Positions 40,020 to 50,223 of a stretch of 64,000 nucleotides of DNA are shown here, one piece after another. Both the position numbers and the translations under genes were made by a program. The notes under the pieces were generated by a model. That model was not told where the DNA came from, searched no databases, and saw only the letters and a program-made list of their open reading frames with translations. The stretch is from contig OX638340.1 of assembly GCA_951812955.1 (NCBI GenBank), positions 3,552,001 to 3,616,000 of the forward strand, given 5' to 3'. The DNA comes from an uncultured Gemmatimonadota bacterium. GTDB taxonomy: Bacteria > JAAXHH01. Position 1 is the stretch's first letter, and each line of letters starts with the position of its first letter.

Positions 40020-41375
40020 ATGCTTCCCATGCCAGATACCCCAGAACGTGACACACTCTCCCGCCGCGCCGCCCTAAAGATCGGTGGCGGCGCCCTGCTC
40101 GGCGCGGCCCTGCTCGGCTGCGGAGGGAGCAGTGACGACCGGAAGGTCTTGCGATTCATGACGGCGCAGACCCTGGAAAAGCACCGGTCCCTCGAGCCGC
40201 TCATCGCCGAGTTCATGGAGATCCATCCCGGTATCCGGATCGAACACGTGAAGGTGCCCTGGGACCAGGCCCATTCGAAGTATCTCACGGCGATCCTCGG
40301 CGGCGCGCCACCCGACGTCATGACCATTCCGAGCTGGTGGGTGACCGAGTTCCGCGCCATGGGCGCCCTCGAGGACCTCGGCCCGTGGGTACGGGACTGG
40401 CCCCATCTGCAAGGGTATACGGAGCAGGTGAAACGGCTGACCCGGGCGACCATGGCCTTCGACGGGGACCGGGTCTTCGGCCTGCCCACGGAAGTAGCCG
40501 TTCGTTCCATGTTCTACCGCACCGAATGGCTCCAGGAACACGGTCTCGAGCCGGCGCAGACGCGCGAGGAGTGGCGCACACTGCTCGAGCAGATCACGGA
40601 TCCGGGCAGGCAGCGCTACGGGTACGCCCTCCGTGGCGCCCGGGGCGGTTTCTGGTCGTGGTGGCCCATTGCCCAGGAATACGCCGGGTCCAACGCGTGG
40701 TTCGACGATGACCACCGGTGCATTATCAATAGTCCGGAGCACGTGGCGGGACTGTCATACTGGAACGACCTCTACCAGGATGGGCTCGCACCCCCCGACT
40801 CACTGAACTGGGGTTTCAACGAGCTGGTCCAGGGATTCTGGTCCGGACTCTGCGGTACGATGGAACAGGATCCGGAGGTGGTCCGGACCTGCCTGGAGCA
40901 CGGCCTGGACGAAGATACGCTCACCATCACGGTCATGCCCACCGGCCCCAGGGCCCGCGTGGCCCTGTCCGACGGGGGGTATACGTCCATGTCTTCGGCT
41001 TCCCGGAACAAGGACGAAGCCTGGACCTTTCTCAGCTGGCTGATGGCGCCCGAGCAGCGGCTTCGGTACTGCAGGGACGTCAACATGATCCCGCCCTTTG
41101 CCGAGAACCTGAGGGATCCTGCGTTCGGGCAGGGCCTCTATCAGTCCTTCGTGGAAATGGTGAGCGATCCGGCAATCATCCAGAACTGGTATCCCAACTA
41201 CCTGCCGGAAATGGGCGAGTTTCTCGAGGTGCGGGTGACCGAGGAGCACCAGAAGATGCTGCTGAAGAGGCAGTCTCCTCGGGATGCCCTCGACCGCCTG
41301 GCCGATTTCCTGACCAGCGCACAGAAGAACTACGTGGACCGTCACGGCCCGGACACGCCCCGGCCGCCGGCATAA
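40020..41375 (+). CDS. ABC transporter substrate-binding lipoprotein (carbohydrate family), copy 1.
   Basis: The signal is RRAALKIGGGALLGAALLGCGGS, followed by a type-I periplasmic binding fold. Confidence 0.8.
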   Translation: MLPMPDTPERDTLSRRAALKIGGGALLGAALLGCGGSSDDRKVLRFMTAQTLEKHRSLEPLIAEFMEIHPGIRIEHVKVPWDQAHSKYLTAILGGAPPDVMTIPSWWVTEFRAMGALEDLGPWVRDWPHLQGYTEQVKRLTRATMAFDGDRVFGLPTEVAVRSMFYRTEWLQEHGLEPAQTREEWRTLLEQITDPGRQRYGYALRGARGGFWSWWPIAQEYAGSNAWFDDDHRCIINSPEHVAGLSYWNDLYQDGLAPPDSLNWGFNELVQGFWSGLCGTMEQDPEVVRTCLEHGLDEDTLTITVMPTGPRARVALSDGGYTSMSSASRNKDEAWTFLSWLMAPEQRLRYCRDVNMIPPFAENLRDPAFGQGLYQSFVEMVSDPAIIQNWYPNYLPEMGEFLEVRVTEEHQKMLLKRQSPRDALDRLADFLTSAQKNYVDRHGPDTPRPPA

Positions 41376-41428
41376 AGCAGTGGTCCCGCGAGACAGGCCG
41401 CCACGACAGCACAAGGAACAGGATCGAT

Positions 41429-42829
41429 TTGATGCGCCATCACGCGAATCTCGGTTCGAAACCCCGTCGAATTACCCGTCGCGACATGTTGCGGCTCGGT
41501 AGCGCGGCCTTTGCGGGCGCGACGGTCCTCGGCTGCGGCGGTGGAGACGGCCGACGGACCGTCACGGTCTTCAGCCCAATGGGCGAAGTGAAGAATGTCG
41601 CCCTGGGCCGGCAGGTCGAACGCTTCATGGGGTTGCGGGACGACTTGCGCGTGGAGTTGATCCCCGCGCCGTGGGACCAGGGGCACGCCAAGCTGCTGAC
41701 CATGATCGCCGGCGGCAACCCGCCCGACGTGATCACGGCGACGGGCCAGTGGATGGCCGAATTCCGTGCCATGGGTGCCATAGAGGACCTGACACCCTGG
41801 TACGCGTCGTGGCCGCATCGCGATGCCTTCACGCGGACGGGCCTGCTCCGGTGCGAGAGCAGCATGGCCATCGAGGACGGCCGGGTATACGGGCTGCCGC
41901 TGGAACTGACGACGCGGGCCATGTTCTATCGCAGGCGGTGGCTGGACGAGCAGGGCCTGGAACCCGCGGCGACCCGGACCGGGTGGCGCGCGTTGCTCGA
42001 GCAGATTACGGACCGGGACAGGGACCGTTACGGCTACGCCCTGCGCGGGGCCCGGGGCGGATTCTGGACCTGGTGGCCCATACTGGAGGAGTTCTCCGGT
42101 ACGAACGAGTGGTTCGACGGGGATCACAATTGCATCATCAACAGTCCGGCGCACGTGGAAGGGCTGACCTACTGGAACGACATTTACCAGGACGGCCTGG
42201 CGCCGGTGGACTCGGTGAACTGGGGCTACAACGAACTGGTGCAGGGTTTCTGGTCCGGGGTCTGCGGTTGCATCGAACAGGACCCTGAAGTGGTGCGCAC
42301 CTGCCTGGAACACGGCATGGACGAATCGACCCTGATTACCGCCGCCATGCCGGCCGGTCCCCGGGCCCACGTGGCTTCCAACGACATCTGGATCCTCTCG
42401 ATCTCAAGCGGCGCGAAGAATCCGGACGACGCCCTGGCGTTTTACGAATGGATGATGTCGCCGGAACAGCTTATCGCATACAGCAAGGACGCGAGCGTAC
42501 TTCCTACGGTGAAGCAGGGCATGGACGACCCCTATTTCGGCCAGGGATTTCTGCGGCCGTTCATGGACATGGCCACCGACGCGAGGTTCCTGCAAAACTG
42601 GTACCCGAGCTACCTACCGGAAATGGGCGAATTCATCGAGGTGCTGGTCACCGAAGAACAGCAGAAGATGCTCCTGGGAAGGCAGTCTCCGCGGGAAACG
42701 CTCGACCGGCTGGCAGACTTCCTGGACAGGGCCCAGCGGCGTCACGTGGATCGGCACGGTCCCGATACGCCCAGGCCGCCCAGGCCGTCCGCACCAATCG
42801 AATCGTCCGCGCCGTCCGGCACCCTGTAA
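41429..42829 (+). CDS. ABC transporter substrate-binding lipoprotein, a tandem paralog of the preceding gene.
   Basis: It is collinear with copy 1 (YGYALRGARGGFW, NELVQGFWSG, PEVVRTCLEHG). The signal is RRDMLRLGSAAFAGATVLGCGG. Confidence 0.8.
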   Translation: MMRHHANLGSKPRRITRRDMLRLGSAAFAGATVLGCGGGDGRRTVTVFSPMGEVKNVALGRQVERFMGLRDDLRVELIPAPWDQGHAKLLTMIAGGNPPDVITATGQWMAEFRAMGAIEDLTPWYASWPHRDAFTRTGLLRCESSMAIEDGRVYGLPLELTTRAMFYRRRWLDEQGLEPAATRTGWRALLEQITDRDRDRYGYALRGARGGFWTWWPILEEFSGTNEWFDGDHNCIINSPAHVEGLTYWNDIYQDGLAPVDSVNWGYNELVQGFWSGVCGCIEQDPEVVRTCLEHGMDESTLITAAMPAGPRAHVASNDIWILSISSGAKNPDDALAFYEWMMSPEQLIAYSKDASVLPTVKQGMDDPYFGQGFLRPFMDMATDARFLQNWYPSYLPEMGEFIEVLVTEEQQKMLLGRQSPRETLDRLADFLDRAQRRHVDRHGPDTPRPPRPSAPIESSAPSGTL

Positions 42830-42840
42830 TCTCCCACGCC

Positions 42841-43722
42841 ATGAAAAGAGCCGAACCCTACCTGCTCCTGACGCCGGCCTACCTGCTCATCGCGGGATTC
42901 CTGTTCTACCCTATGGCCACGGTGTTCCTGCTTTCGCTGCGGGAATACCAGCTCATGGATCCACTTAATACGCCCTTCGTCGGGCTGGACCAGTACGCCG
43001 CCATGGCGGGAGACGAGTACTTCTGGCGAAGTCTATGGAATTCCGTGGTCTGGGTGGTCGTATCGTTGTTCTTCCAGTTCCTGCTCGGATTCTGTCTGGC
43101 GCTGCTGCTTAACAGCACGCGGTTCTGGGGAAGGGGGATCTTCCAGGCTGTCGTTTTCGCCCCGTGGGCGGTATCGGGCTTCCTGATCGCCATCATCTGG
43201 GCATGGCTGCTGAACGGGGAATTCGGGCTGGTCAACGACCTGCTCATCCGGACCGGACTGGTGGATCAGAAAATCGGGTTTCTGTCTCGCGGGGAGACGG
43301 CACTCCTTTCCTGCGTGCTGGCTAATATCTGGTTCGGAGTCACCTTCTTCGCCGTCATGCTCTTCGCCGCCCTGCAAGCCATCCCGCCGAGTCTTTATGA
43401 AGCGGCCGACATGGACGGCGCCACGGCCTGGCAGTCCTTCTGGCGCGTCACCGCGCCCATGGTGAAACCGGCGATCGTCATCACGGTCCTTCTGCGGGCG
43501 ATCTGGATATTCAACTGGGCGGACCTCATCTGGGTCATGACCGGGGGCGGTCCGGCCGGCGCGTCCCGGACCCTGTCCCTCTATGTATTCCAGAAGGCCT
43601 TCCTGGGGTTGGACTTCGGGTATTCGGCCGCACTGGGCGTGGCGTTGACCGTAGTCTCCCTGGTCTTCACCGCCGTTTTCCTCCGGGCAACCAGGTTTTA
43701 CGGCGACGAGGCCGCCCTGTGA
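42841..43722 (+). CDS. Carbohydrate ABC transporter permease (MalF/UgpA-like).
   Basis: It is a 6-TM protein with the EAA-loop region (LYEAADMDGATAWQSF). The track ORF starts upstream, inside the substrate-binding protein gene. Confidence 0.85.
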   Translation: MKRAEPYLLLTPAYLLIAGFLFYPMATVFLLSLREYQLMDPLNTPFVGLDQYAAMAGDEYFWRSLWNSVVWVVVSLFFQFLLGFCLALLLNSTRFWGRGIFQAVVFAPWAVSGFLIAIIWAWLLNGEFGLVNDLLIRTGLVDQKIGFLSRGETALLSCVLANIWFGVTFFAVMLFAALQAIPPSLYEAADMDGATAWQSFWRVTAPMVKPAIVITVLLRAIWIFNWADLIWVMTGGGPAGASRTLSLYVFQKAFLGLDFGYSAALGVALTVVSLVFTAVFLRATRFYGDEAAL

Positions 43723-43732
43723 GGAAGGGAAG

Positions 43733-44566
43733 ATGATCCGTACGCATCCATTGCGCCGCCTGCTGCAGGTCACCGGACTGTGCGCGTTTTTTCTCTTCGC
43801 GGTCTTCCCCGTGTACTGGATGGTGGTCACTTCGATAACGCCGGAGAAGGACCTTTTCGTCTGGCCCCTGAAGTATTTCCCATCAGCGCCCACGCTGGAA
43901 CACTACGCCGCGGCCTTCCTCCGCACCGACATTCCACGGTTCTTCACCAACAGCATCATGGTCGCCAGCCTGGCCTCGGCCTGTACGTTGACCGTATCCG
44001 TGATGGGAGGCTACGCCCTCGCGCGCTACCGGTTCCGGGGCCGGAAGGTCACGCTCCTGATGTTCCTGGCGACCCAGATGATGCCCGTGGTGGTGCTGAT
44101 CGTCCCGCTCTTCATCATCTTCCGGATGCTCGGCCTGCTCAACACGCTCTACAGCCTGATGATCGTCTATACCGTGCTGAACATTCCCTTCTGCACGCTC
44201 ATGATGCAGGGCTTCTTCGCGGGCGTCCCGTCGGAACTCGAAGAGGCCGCCATGGTGGACGGGTGCAACCGGATGGGTGCGATCCTGCGCGTGGCCGTGC
44301 CGCTGACCCGGCCCGGCCTGATCGCGACCTTCCTGTTCGCTTTCATAGGCGCATGGAATGAACTGCTCTTCGCGGTGATGTTCCTGAACTCGGAATCCAC
44401 TTTCACCCTGCCCGTCGGCCTGTACAACTTCATCAGCAAGTACGACATACACTGGGGGCGCATGATGGCCGGCGCCACCCTGGCGCTGCTTCCGGCGCTG
44501 GCCGTGTTCGCCTTTGTCCAGCGATATATGGTGCGTGGGCTGGCCCTGGGGGCGGTGAAAGGATAG
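43733..44566 (+). CDS. Carbohydrate ABC transporter permease (MalG/UgpE-like).
   Basis: The EAA motif ELEEAAMVDGCNRMGAILRVAVP is present in a 6-TM protein. Confidence 0.85.
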   Translation: MIRTHPLRRLLQVTGLCAFFLFAVFPVYWMVVTSITPEKDLFVWPLKYFPSAPTLEHYAAAFLRTDIPRFFTNSIMVASLASACTLTVSVMGGYALARYRFRGRKVTLLMFLATQMMPVVVLIVPLFIIFRMLGLLNTLYSLMIVYTVLNIPFCTLMMQGFFAGVPSELEEAAMVDGCNRMGAILRVAVPLTRPGLIATFLFAFIGAWNELLFAVMFLNSESTFTLPVGLYNFISKYDIHWGRMMAGATLALLPALAVFAFVQRYMVRGLALGAVKG

Positions 44567-44633
44567 CGGACCAGGGGGAGCAGGGTCAGGGCAGCAGGAT
44601 CGGGATAGCGGGATTGGAGGAGCAGGAGCAGGA

Positions 44634-45434
44634 TCAGGGCAGCAGGATCGGGCGGACCCACACGAGATATACCTGCCCGCCGGAACGGATCGTCTGGTGT
44701 TCGGTCAGCACACGGTATGCTTCGCGGGCCGGTGATCCGGAGAGCGTGCGGTATCCGCGCGGGCGATTCCCCTTCACCTCGGCCAGGTCAATCGAATCCA
44801 GCGGCCAGTCCACGGCTTCACCGGCCTGGTCCGCCATGTACCGGGGCAGCTTCTGCACGGCGATCTCGACGCGATCGGGAACGTAGGGTTCCGCCCTGGG
44901 ATGGGTGAATCCTGCGAGGAACAGGTTGAACTTGTACATGGATCTCCACGCCGGGGCGATCACGTCATTGCCGGAACGGGCCTCGAGCAACGCGGGCGAG
45001 TAGGTGTGCAGGCTTGGGGGAGCGTGCATTCCGATCCAGATGGTCACCTTGTCGTTGTCTTCCCGAAAAGGCTTCTGTATGCTCTGGGCGTAGGGTAATT
45101 CATTATTGAGCCATTCGTTGGTCAGGCTCGTAAGGCCGAAGCTGCTCTGCATGATCACGTACAGTCCGGCGACCTCATGTTCTTCCAGCTTGACCTGCCG
45201 GTGGAGCGCATCGGCATCGTCGTCCCGGAATACGACAATTCCATTTCCGTAGATTACGATCTGCGGTGTGCGCGAAAGAAAAACCTTGTGTACGGTGGTC
45301 GAAGCGCGGACTACTTTACGCCAGATCGCCGGGTCTACATTGGATCCGTGAACCTCACCGGCCATCAGGATCCCCGCCAGCAGGAGCAGTAGGCCGGGGA
45401 CCAGGTTTCTGAGTGTACGTTGGACGCTATTCAT
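44634..45434 (-). CDS. Secreted hypothetical protein.
   Basis: A signal peptide, LVPGLLLLLAGILMAGEVHG, is present. No recognisable domain was found. Confidence 0.45.
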   Translation of the reverse strand: MNSVQRTLRNLVPGLLLLLAGILMAGEVHGSNVDPAIWRKVVRASTTVHKVFLSRTPQIVIYGNGIVVFRDDDADALHRQVKLEEHEVAGLYVIMQSSFGLTSLTNEWLNNELPYAQSIQKPFREDNDKVTIWIGMHAPPSLHTYSPALLEARSGNDVIAPAWRSMYKFNLFLAGFTHPRAEPYVPDRVEIAVQKLPRYMADQAGEAVDWPLDSIDLAEVKGNRPRGYRTLSGSPAREAYRVLTEHQTIRSGGQVYLVWVRPILLP

Positions 45435-45662
45435 TGACTGATTTCTCGATCTCAGACTGTTTCCTCGATTTCATACCTATGCGATGCAACCGCTGCAACC
45501 GATCCATGGACGAGGCAAAGCGCAGTTTTCACAAGCAGCGCAAGTGGCGGTGCCCTTCCTGCGGCCGCATCAGGTTCCAGCGTGCCAGGTCCACGGGCCG
45601 GACCGCCCGGTCCGAGAAACACCGCCGCGGAGATTGAATGTTCCGGACGATTTCCCGCCGCA

Positions 45663-46586
45663 TCATGGGTTTAACTGCTCCACACGCTTTTCATAGGTAG
45701 ACTTGTGCGCGGGATCGATCTCCATGAGCACTTCGTAGGCTTCCATGGAAGGTTCCGCATCGGGGACTTCCGTGGGTGATTCCGCACTGAATACGTCCGC
45801 CAGTTGCAGGTAATGGGCGTTCAGAAACTCCTTAAGACGCTCGTCCCTCGCGTTCTTTTTGTGAAGTTCGGCCATCAAATCCACGGCCTCGCGGCATAAC
45901 GTCCGGGCCTCCACAAGCTTGTTTGCCTTCTGTGCCGCCAGCCCGCGGTAATACCGGTTACGGATCAGGCGATAAGGCCTGTAGTCATCTGCCAGAATGC
46001 CGTCGATAAGGTCGAGCCGTTCGTCCCAGCCCCGCTGAAACTCGCGGCTGAACCGTCCGTCCACCGCAATGGCATTGGCGCGCTGGAAATGGCTGTCGCC
46101 GCCGAATTCCGTGTACTTGTCCAACTCGTGTCCGATCATGATGTGAACGTAGTAATCGATCAGCCACGTCAGGCCGTTGAACTGTTGATCGTCGTGCTGA
46201 AGCAGGTCCTCCCGTTCGTACTCGAATAGCCACCACCGGTCCAGGTATTTCAGGTCGGTACCGCTGTACACGGTCAGGCGCGAGCCGTACTGGGTCTTTA
46301 CCGCGCTGCCGAGAAATGCCAGGATGGCTTCGAATCCCACGTGAACCGGCTCGGGAAGGTCTTCTTCCAGCCAGTCCCATTCTTCGATATAGTCGGTCAT
46401 TGAACGGGAGAAGTCCGCCATGTGCTCGCGGTGCAGAACGGGCAGGGCCTCCAGGTGCACCATGATCTCGGCTTCCACCTGCTGCCCGCTGGCTTCGTGC
46501 CACGGAGACACCGCCAGACAGAGCGCCAGCGCGCAGGCCCGTATCCACGCGCGAAGTGGGGTTTTCCAATGTAGCGGCGAATCCAT
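45663..46586 (-). CDS. Secreted hypothetical protein. The start is probably ATG 46586, at MDSPLHWKTPLRAWIRACALALCLAVSP.
   Basis: A signal peptide follows the internal start, and GGAAG lies 8 nt upstream. No recognised catalytic motif was found. Confidence 0.45.
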   Translation of the reverse strand: MDSPLHWKTPLRAWIRACALALCLAVSPWHEASGQQVEAEIMVHLEALPVLHREHMADFSRSMTDYIEEWDWLEEDLPEPVHVGFEAILAFLGSAVKTQYGSRLTVYSGTDLKYLDRWWLFEYEREDLLQHDDQQFNGLTWLIDYYVHIMIGHELDKYTEFGGDSHFQRANAIAVDGRFSREFQRGWDERLDLIDGILADDYRPYRLIRNRYYRGLAAQKANKLVEARTLCREAVDLMAELHKKNARDERLKEFLNAHYLQLADVFSAESPTEVPDAEPSMEAYEVLMEIDPAHKSTYEKRVEQLNP

Positions 46587-46841
46587 ATGCGTGCTTCCGA
46601 TAGCCAGGGTTCCCATTCGGTCGTCTTTCGTCGGAAAGCTAACCGCGGGGACGCGGCATGTCAAGCCTATCCCGTGCGTACGGATCCCACGCGCTCCCAC
46701 AGGCGCGAGCCTTGACACCCGGGTCCCGGTGCTGTATTATGGCCGTCCGTAGCAGATACAGGCACGATTTAACGGCGCGGTGCGGTGGCGGCGGCCGGCC
46801 CGGCCTGAATACGCGGCCGATCAGCGCATTCTGGAAAGGTA

Positions 46842-48768
46842 CATGATCGAACAAACTAAGGCGCAAACCCTCGCCCGCGAGCGTGGGACCATATACAAGA
46901 AATCGGACGGAAAGGCCGTTCGAATCGCCCTGGTGTATCCCAATACCTACTACCTGGGCATGTCGAATCTGGGTTTTCAGACCATCTACCGGCACCTGAA
47001 CGAACGGGACGACGTGGTCTGCGAACGGGCCTTTCTCCCGGAACCTTCCGACCTGGAAGTTCTGTCCAAATCCCGCAAGCCGCTGGTTACGCTGGAAACG
47101 GGGCTACCACTCGGTTCGTGCGACATCGTGGCCTTCTCCGTCTCCTTCGAGAACGACTACCCGAACCTGATCCGTATCCTGGAACTCGCCCGCATACCCG
47201 TACTCTCGGCTAACCGGACCCACTACGATCCGGTCGTGCTGATCGGCGGCGCGATTACCTACATCAACCCGGAGCCGCTGGCGGAATTCGCGGACGCGAT
47301 GATCATAGGAGACGGCGAAGAGGCGGCCTACGCCTATATCGACCGCTATATCGAGGACCGGGGCCTGGACCGGGAACGCCACCTCGCCGGCACCATGGCG
47401 CTGGCGGGCATGTATGTCCCGTCCCTGCAGCAGGCCTCAACGGGCGACCTGGAGGGGCCGCCGGCCTCCGGACCGGCCGTGGATTCCGGTTGCGAGGCCG
47501 AGGACGCCAGACCAGCTGCTGATGCCGGACCGGTCGTGGAATCCGGTTGCGAGACCGAGGACGCCAGACCAGCTGCTGATGCCGGACCGGTCGTGGAATC
47601 CGGATGCGAGACCGCTGCGTTCGACGCGGAACCTGCGCCCGCCAGCCGGATCGCCAATGCACCCGCCGGCCGGATCGCCAAGCAGCAGGTGCGCGATTTC
47701 GAGGATTACCCCGCCCATTCCGCCGTCCTCACGCCCGACACCGAGTTTGGCGACATGTTGCTGATCGAGATCTCCCGCGGGTGTCCCCGCCGATGCCGTT
47801 TTTGCGCCGTGAGTTATGTGTATCCCAAATTCCGCGCTTTGAAGCCGGAAACGATACTCGACGTCATCCGTGCAAAAAACGCGACGCTGGCGCGCGACGG
47901 CCAGGAGGGGCTGAAAGCGGTGGGCCTGGTCAGTTCGGCCATGTGCGACTATCCCCACCTGGACGAACTCTGTGCGGGCCTTGAGGAAACGGGGCTTCGC
48001 GTGGGGGTTTCGTCGGTCCGGGTCGACCTGGTCCCTGACAGCCTGCTTCGCCTGATGCTGAAGACAGGGCTGCGAACAATGACCATCGCTCCCGAGGCCG
48101 GTTCGGAACGGCTCCGTAAGGCGATCAACAAGCCCATATCCTCAGAAGAAATCCTGACTGGCGCCCGGAGGATTCTCGAGAAGGGCATCAAGCACCTCAA
48201 GGTGTACTACATGGTCGGCCTGCCGACGGAGACAGACGCCGACGTAGAGGAACTCATCGAAATGACGCGCCAGCTTGCCCGGCTACAGAGGGCGTGCGGG
48301 GAACCGGGCGGGCGGCTGAGGTTGAGCATAAATCCTTTCGTGCCGAAGGCGTTGACGCCCTTCCAGTGGAGTCCCATGGCGTCTCCGCGGGAGGTCAAGC
48401 GCAAGCTGAACCACATCAAGAAATCCCTGCGCGGCACGCCGGGAGTGGACGTCAAGCACGAGAGTCTGAAATCCGCGTATTTCGAGGCCATCCTGTCCCG
48501 CGGCGGCCGGGAACTGAGCGAATTTCTGATGGAAACGGTGCGGCAGGACGGCGACTGGAAACGCGCGGCGGCGGAAACGGAGACGGATATCTCGCGATAT
48601 CTCGGGGACATGGCGGACATGCAGTCGCTTCCCTGGGACTTCATATCCACGGAAAAGGAACATCACCGGCTCCAGTGGGAGTACCGGAAGACTCACAACC
48701 TGCCCCATCGCACCCGGCGGCCGGCAGCTCGCGTCAGCCGGACGGATGCGGGGCACCCCGCGGTCTGA
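46842..48768 (+). CDS. Radical SAM protein with an N-terminal B12-binding-like domain. It belongs to an uncharacterised rSAM family and has an internal repeat insertion.
   Basis: The CxxxCxxC cluster is present in SRGCPRRCRFCAV. The N-terminus VRIALVYPNTYYLGMSNLGFQTIYRHLN looks like a B12-binding or DUF-type domain. An in-frame 57-bp tandem repeat lies at 47464-47613. The track ORF starts 21 codons upstream. Confidence 0.75.
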
Positions 48769-48823
48769 CCCCGGGATGGGAAGACGGGGCCAAACTATCA
48801 TTCCAAGTCAGTGGAGGCGAAAG

Positions 48824-49441
48824 ATGCAAAGAACGGGTCTATTCATGGCTGCCGTGTCGCTCGTGTTCTTCATGGTGTCCTGCGGCGAATCGTCCGACCA
48901 ACCTGAACCTAGCGGAGAACCCGCAAACATGTTGATTATCGAAACCACCCTGGGCACCATCAAATGCGAGTTGTATCCCGACAAAACGCCGATGACCGTG
49001 GACGTCATTTCCAGCCTGGCCGAAGGCACGCGGGAGTGGACCCATCCGGTAACCGGGCAGATCATGAACGGGGTTCCTTACTACGACGGCGTGATCTTCC
49101 ACCGGGTCATTCCCGATTTCATGATCCAGACCGGGGATCCGGCCGGAACGGGCATGGGCAGTCCCGGGTTCGTATTCGATGATGAGTTGAACGAGGAACT
49201 GCTCTTCGACCAGCCCGGCCGCCTGGCCATGGCGCACCGCGGTCCCAATACCAACGGCGGACAGATCTTCATCACGGTTGCGCCCACGCCCCATCTCAAC
49301 ATGGTTCATACCATCTTCGGCCAGGTCGTGGAGGGACAGGAAGTGGCCGACGCCATCTCAATGGTGCCCGCGGACCAATCCCGGCCGCGCGAGGAGGTCA
49401 GCATCACCAAAGTGATCGTGGTCAGAGGGGAGGGCGAGTAG
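48824..49441 (+). CDS. Cyclophilin-type peptidyl-prolyl cis-trans isomerase, lipoprotein form.
   Basis: GGAGG precedes ATG 48824. The lipobox FFMVSCGES is present, with cyclophilin motifs FHRVIPDFMIQTGDP and FITV. Confidence 0.85.
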   Translation: MQRTGLFMAAVSLVFFMVSCGESSDQPEPSGEPANMLIIETTLGTIKCELYPDKTPMTVDVISSLAEGTREWTHPVTGQIMNGVPYYDGVIFHRVIPDFMIQTGDPAGTGMGSPGFVFDDELNEELLFDQPGRLAMAHRGPNTNGGQIFITVAPTPHLNMVHTIFGQVVEGQEVADAISMVPADQSRPREEVSITKVIVVRGEGE

Positions 49442-49444
49442 AGG

Positions 49445-50104
49445 ATGAAACTGATTCGCAATGCGGCGACGGCCGCCACGCTGGCGATTCTCGTCGCCTG
49501 GTCCGCAAGCAGCCTGGCGCATCTACCCGTTCAGTCGAACGACGCAGCGCAGTCCGAATCCGGTGAGCTGGCCGCCCAGTCCCTGGGACCGGGCACCTAC
49601 GCCGTCTTCAAGACCAACATGGGCGTCATCATTTGCAAGCTGTTCGATAAGCTGGCGCCGGCCACCGTCGATAACTTCGTCGGGCTCGCCGAGGGCACCC
49701 GGAACTTCAAGGATCTAAAAACGGGCCAGGAAACCAGGCGTCCGTATTACGACGGGACCCTCTTTCACCGGGTCATTCCCAACTTCATGATCCAGGGCGG
49801 CGACCCGACGGGATCGGGTCAGGGCGGTCCGGGATACAATATCAAGGGCGAAATCCGGGGCTCGCTGCGCTTCGACCGGCCGGGACGGCTGGCCATGGCC
49901 AACGCGGGATCGCCGGATACCGCGGGCAGCCAGTTCTTCATCACCCACGGTCCGAAGTCCTACCTGGACGGAGGCTACACCATTTTCGGCCAGGTCATGA
50001 AAGGTCAGGAAGTGGTAAACGCCATCGGCCGGGTGCAGACGCGCGCCGACCGTCCCATTTTCGACATCGTGCTGGAGAAACTGACCATTGAACGGGTGGA
50101 GTAA
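49445..50104 (+). CDS. Cyclophilin-type peptidyl-prolyl cis-trans isomerase, secreted form.
   Basis: A signal peptide is present. FHRVIPNFMIQGGDP, FFITH and GYTIFGQV are cyclophilin motifs. Confidence 0.85.
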   Translation: MKLIRNAATAATLAILVAWSASSLAHLPVQSNDAAQSESGELAAQSLGPGTYAVFKTNMGVIICKLFDKLAPATVDNFVGLAEGTRNFKDLKTGQETRRPYYDGTLFHRVIPNFMIQGGDPTGSGQGGPGYNIKGEIRGSLRFDRPGRLAMANAGSPDTAGSQFFITHGPKSYLDGGYTIFGQVMKGQEVVNAIGRVQTRADRPIFDIVLEKLTIERVE

Positions 50105-50223
50105 GCCCGCGCCGGGGACCGCCGGCAGACTGCTACACGGAGCAGTACGCCACCGTCCATGCTCCCATCCTTTTAAGTAAGGTGACCGGAGCGGGTCCCA
50201 TCTTGGATCACGAAGTGAACGGC

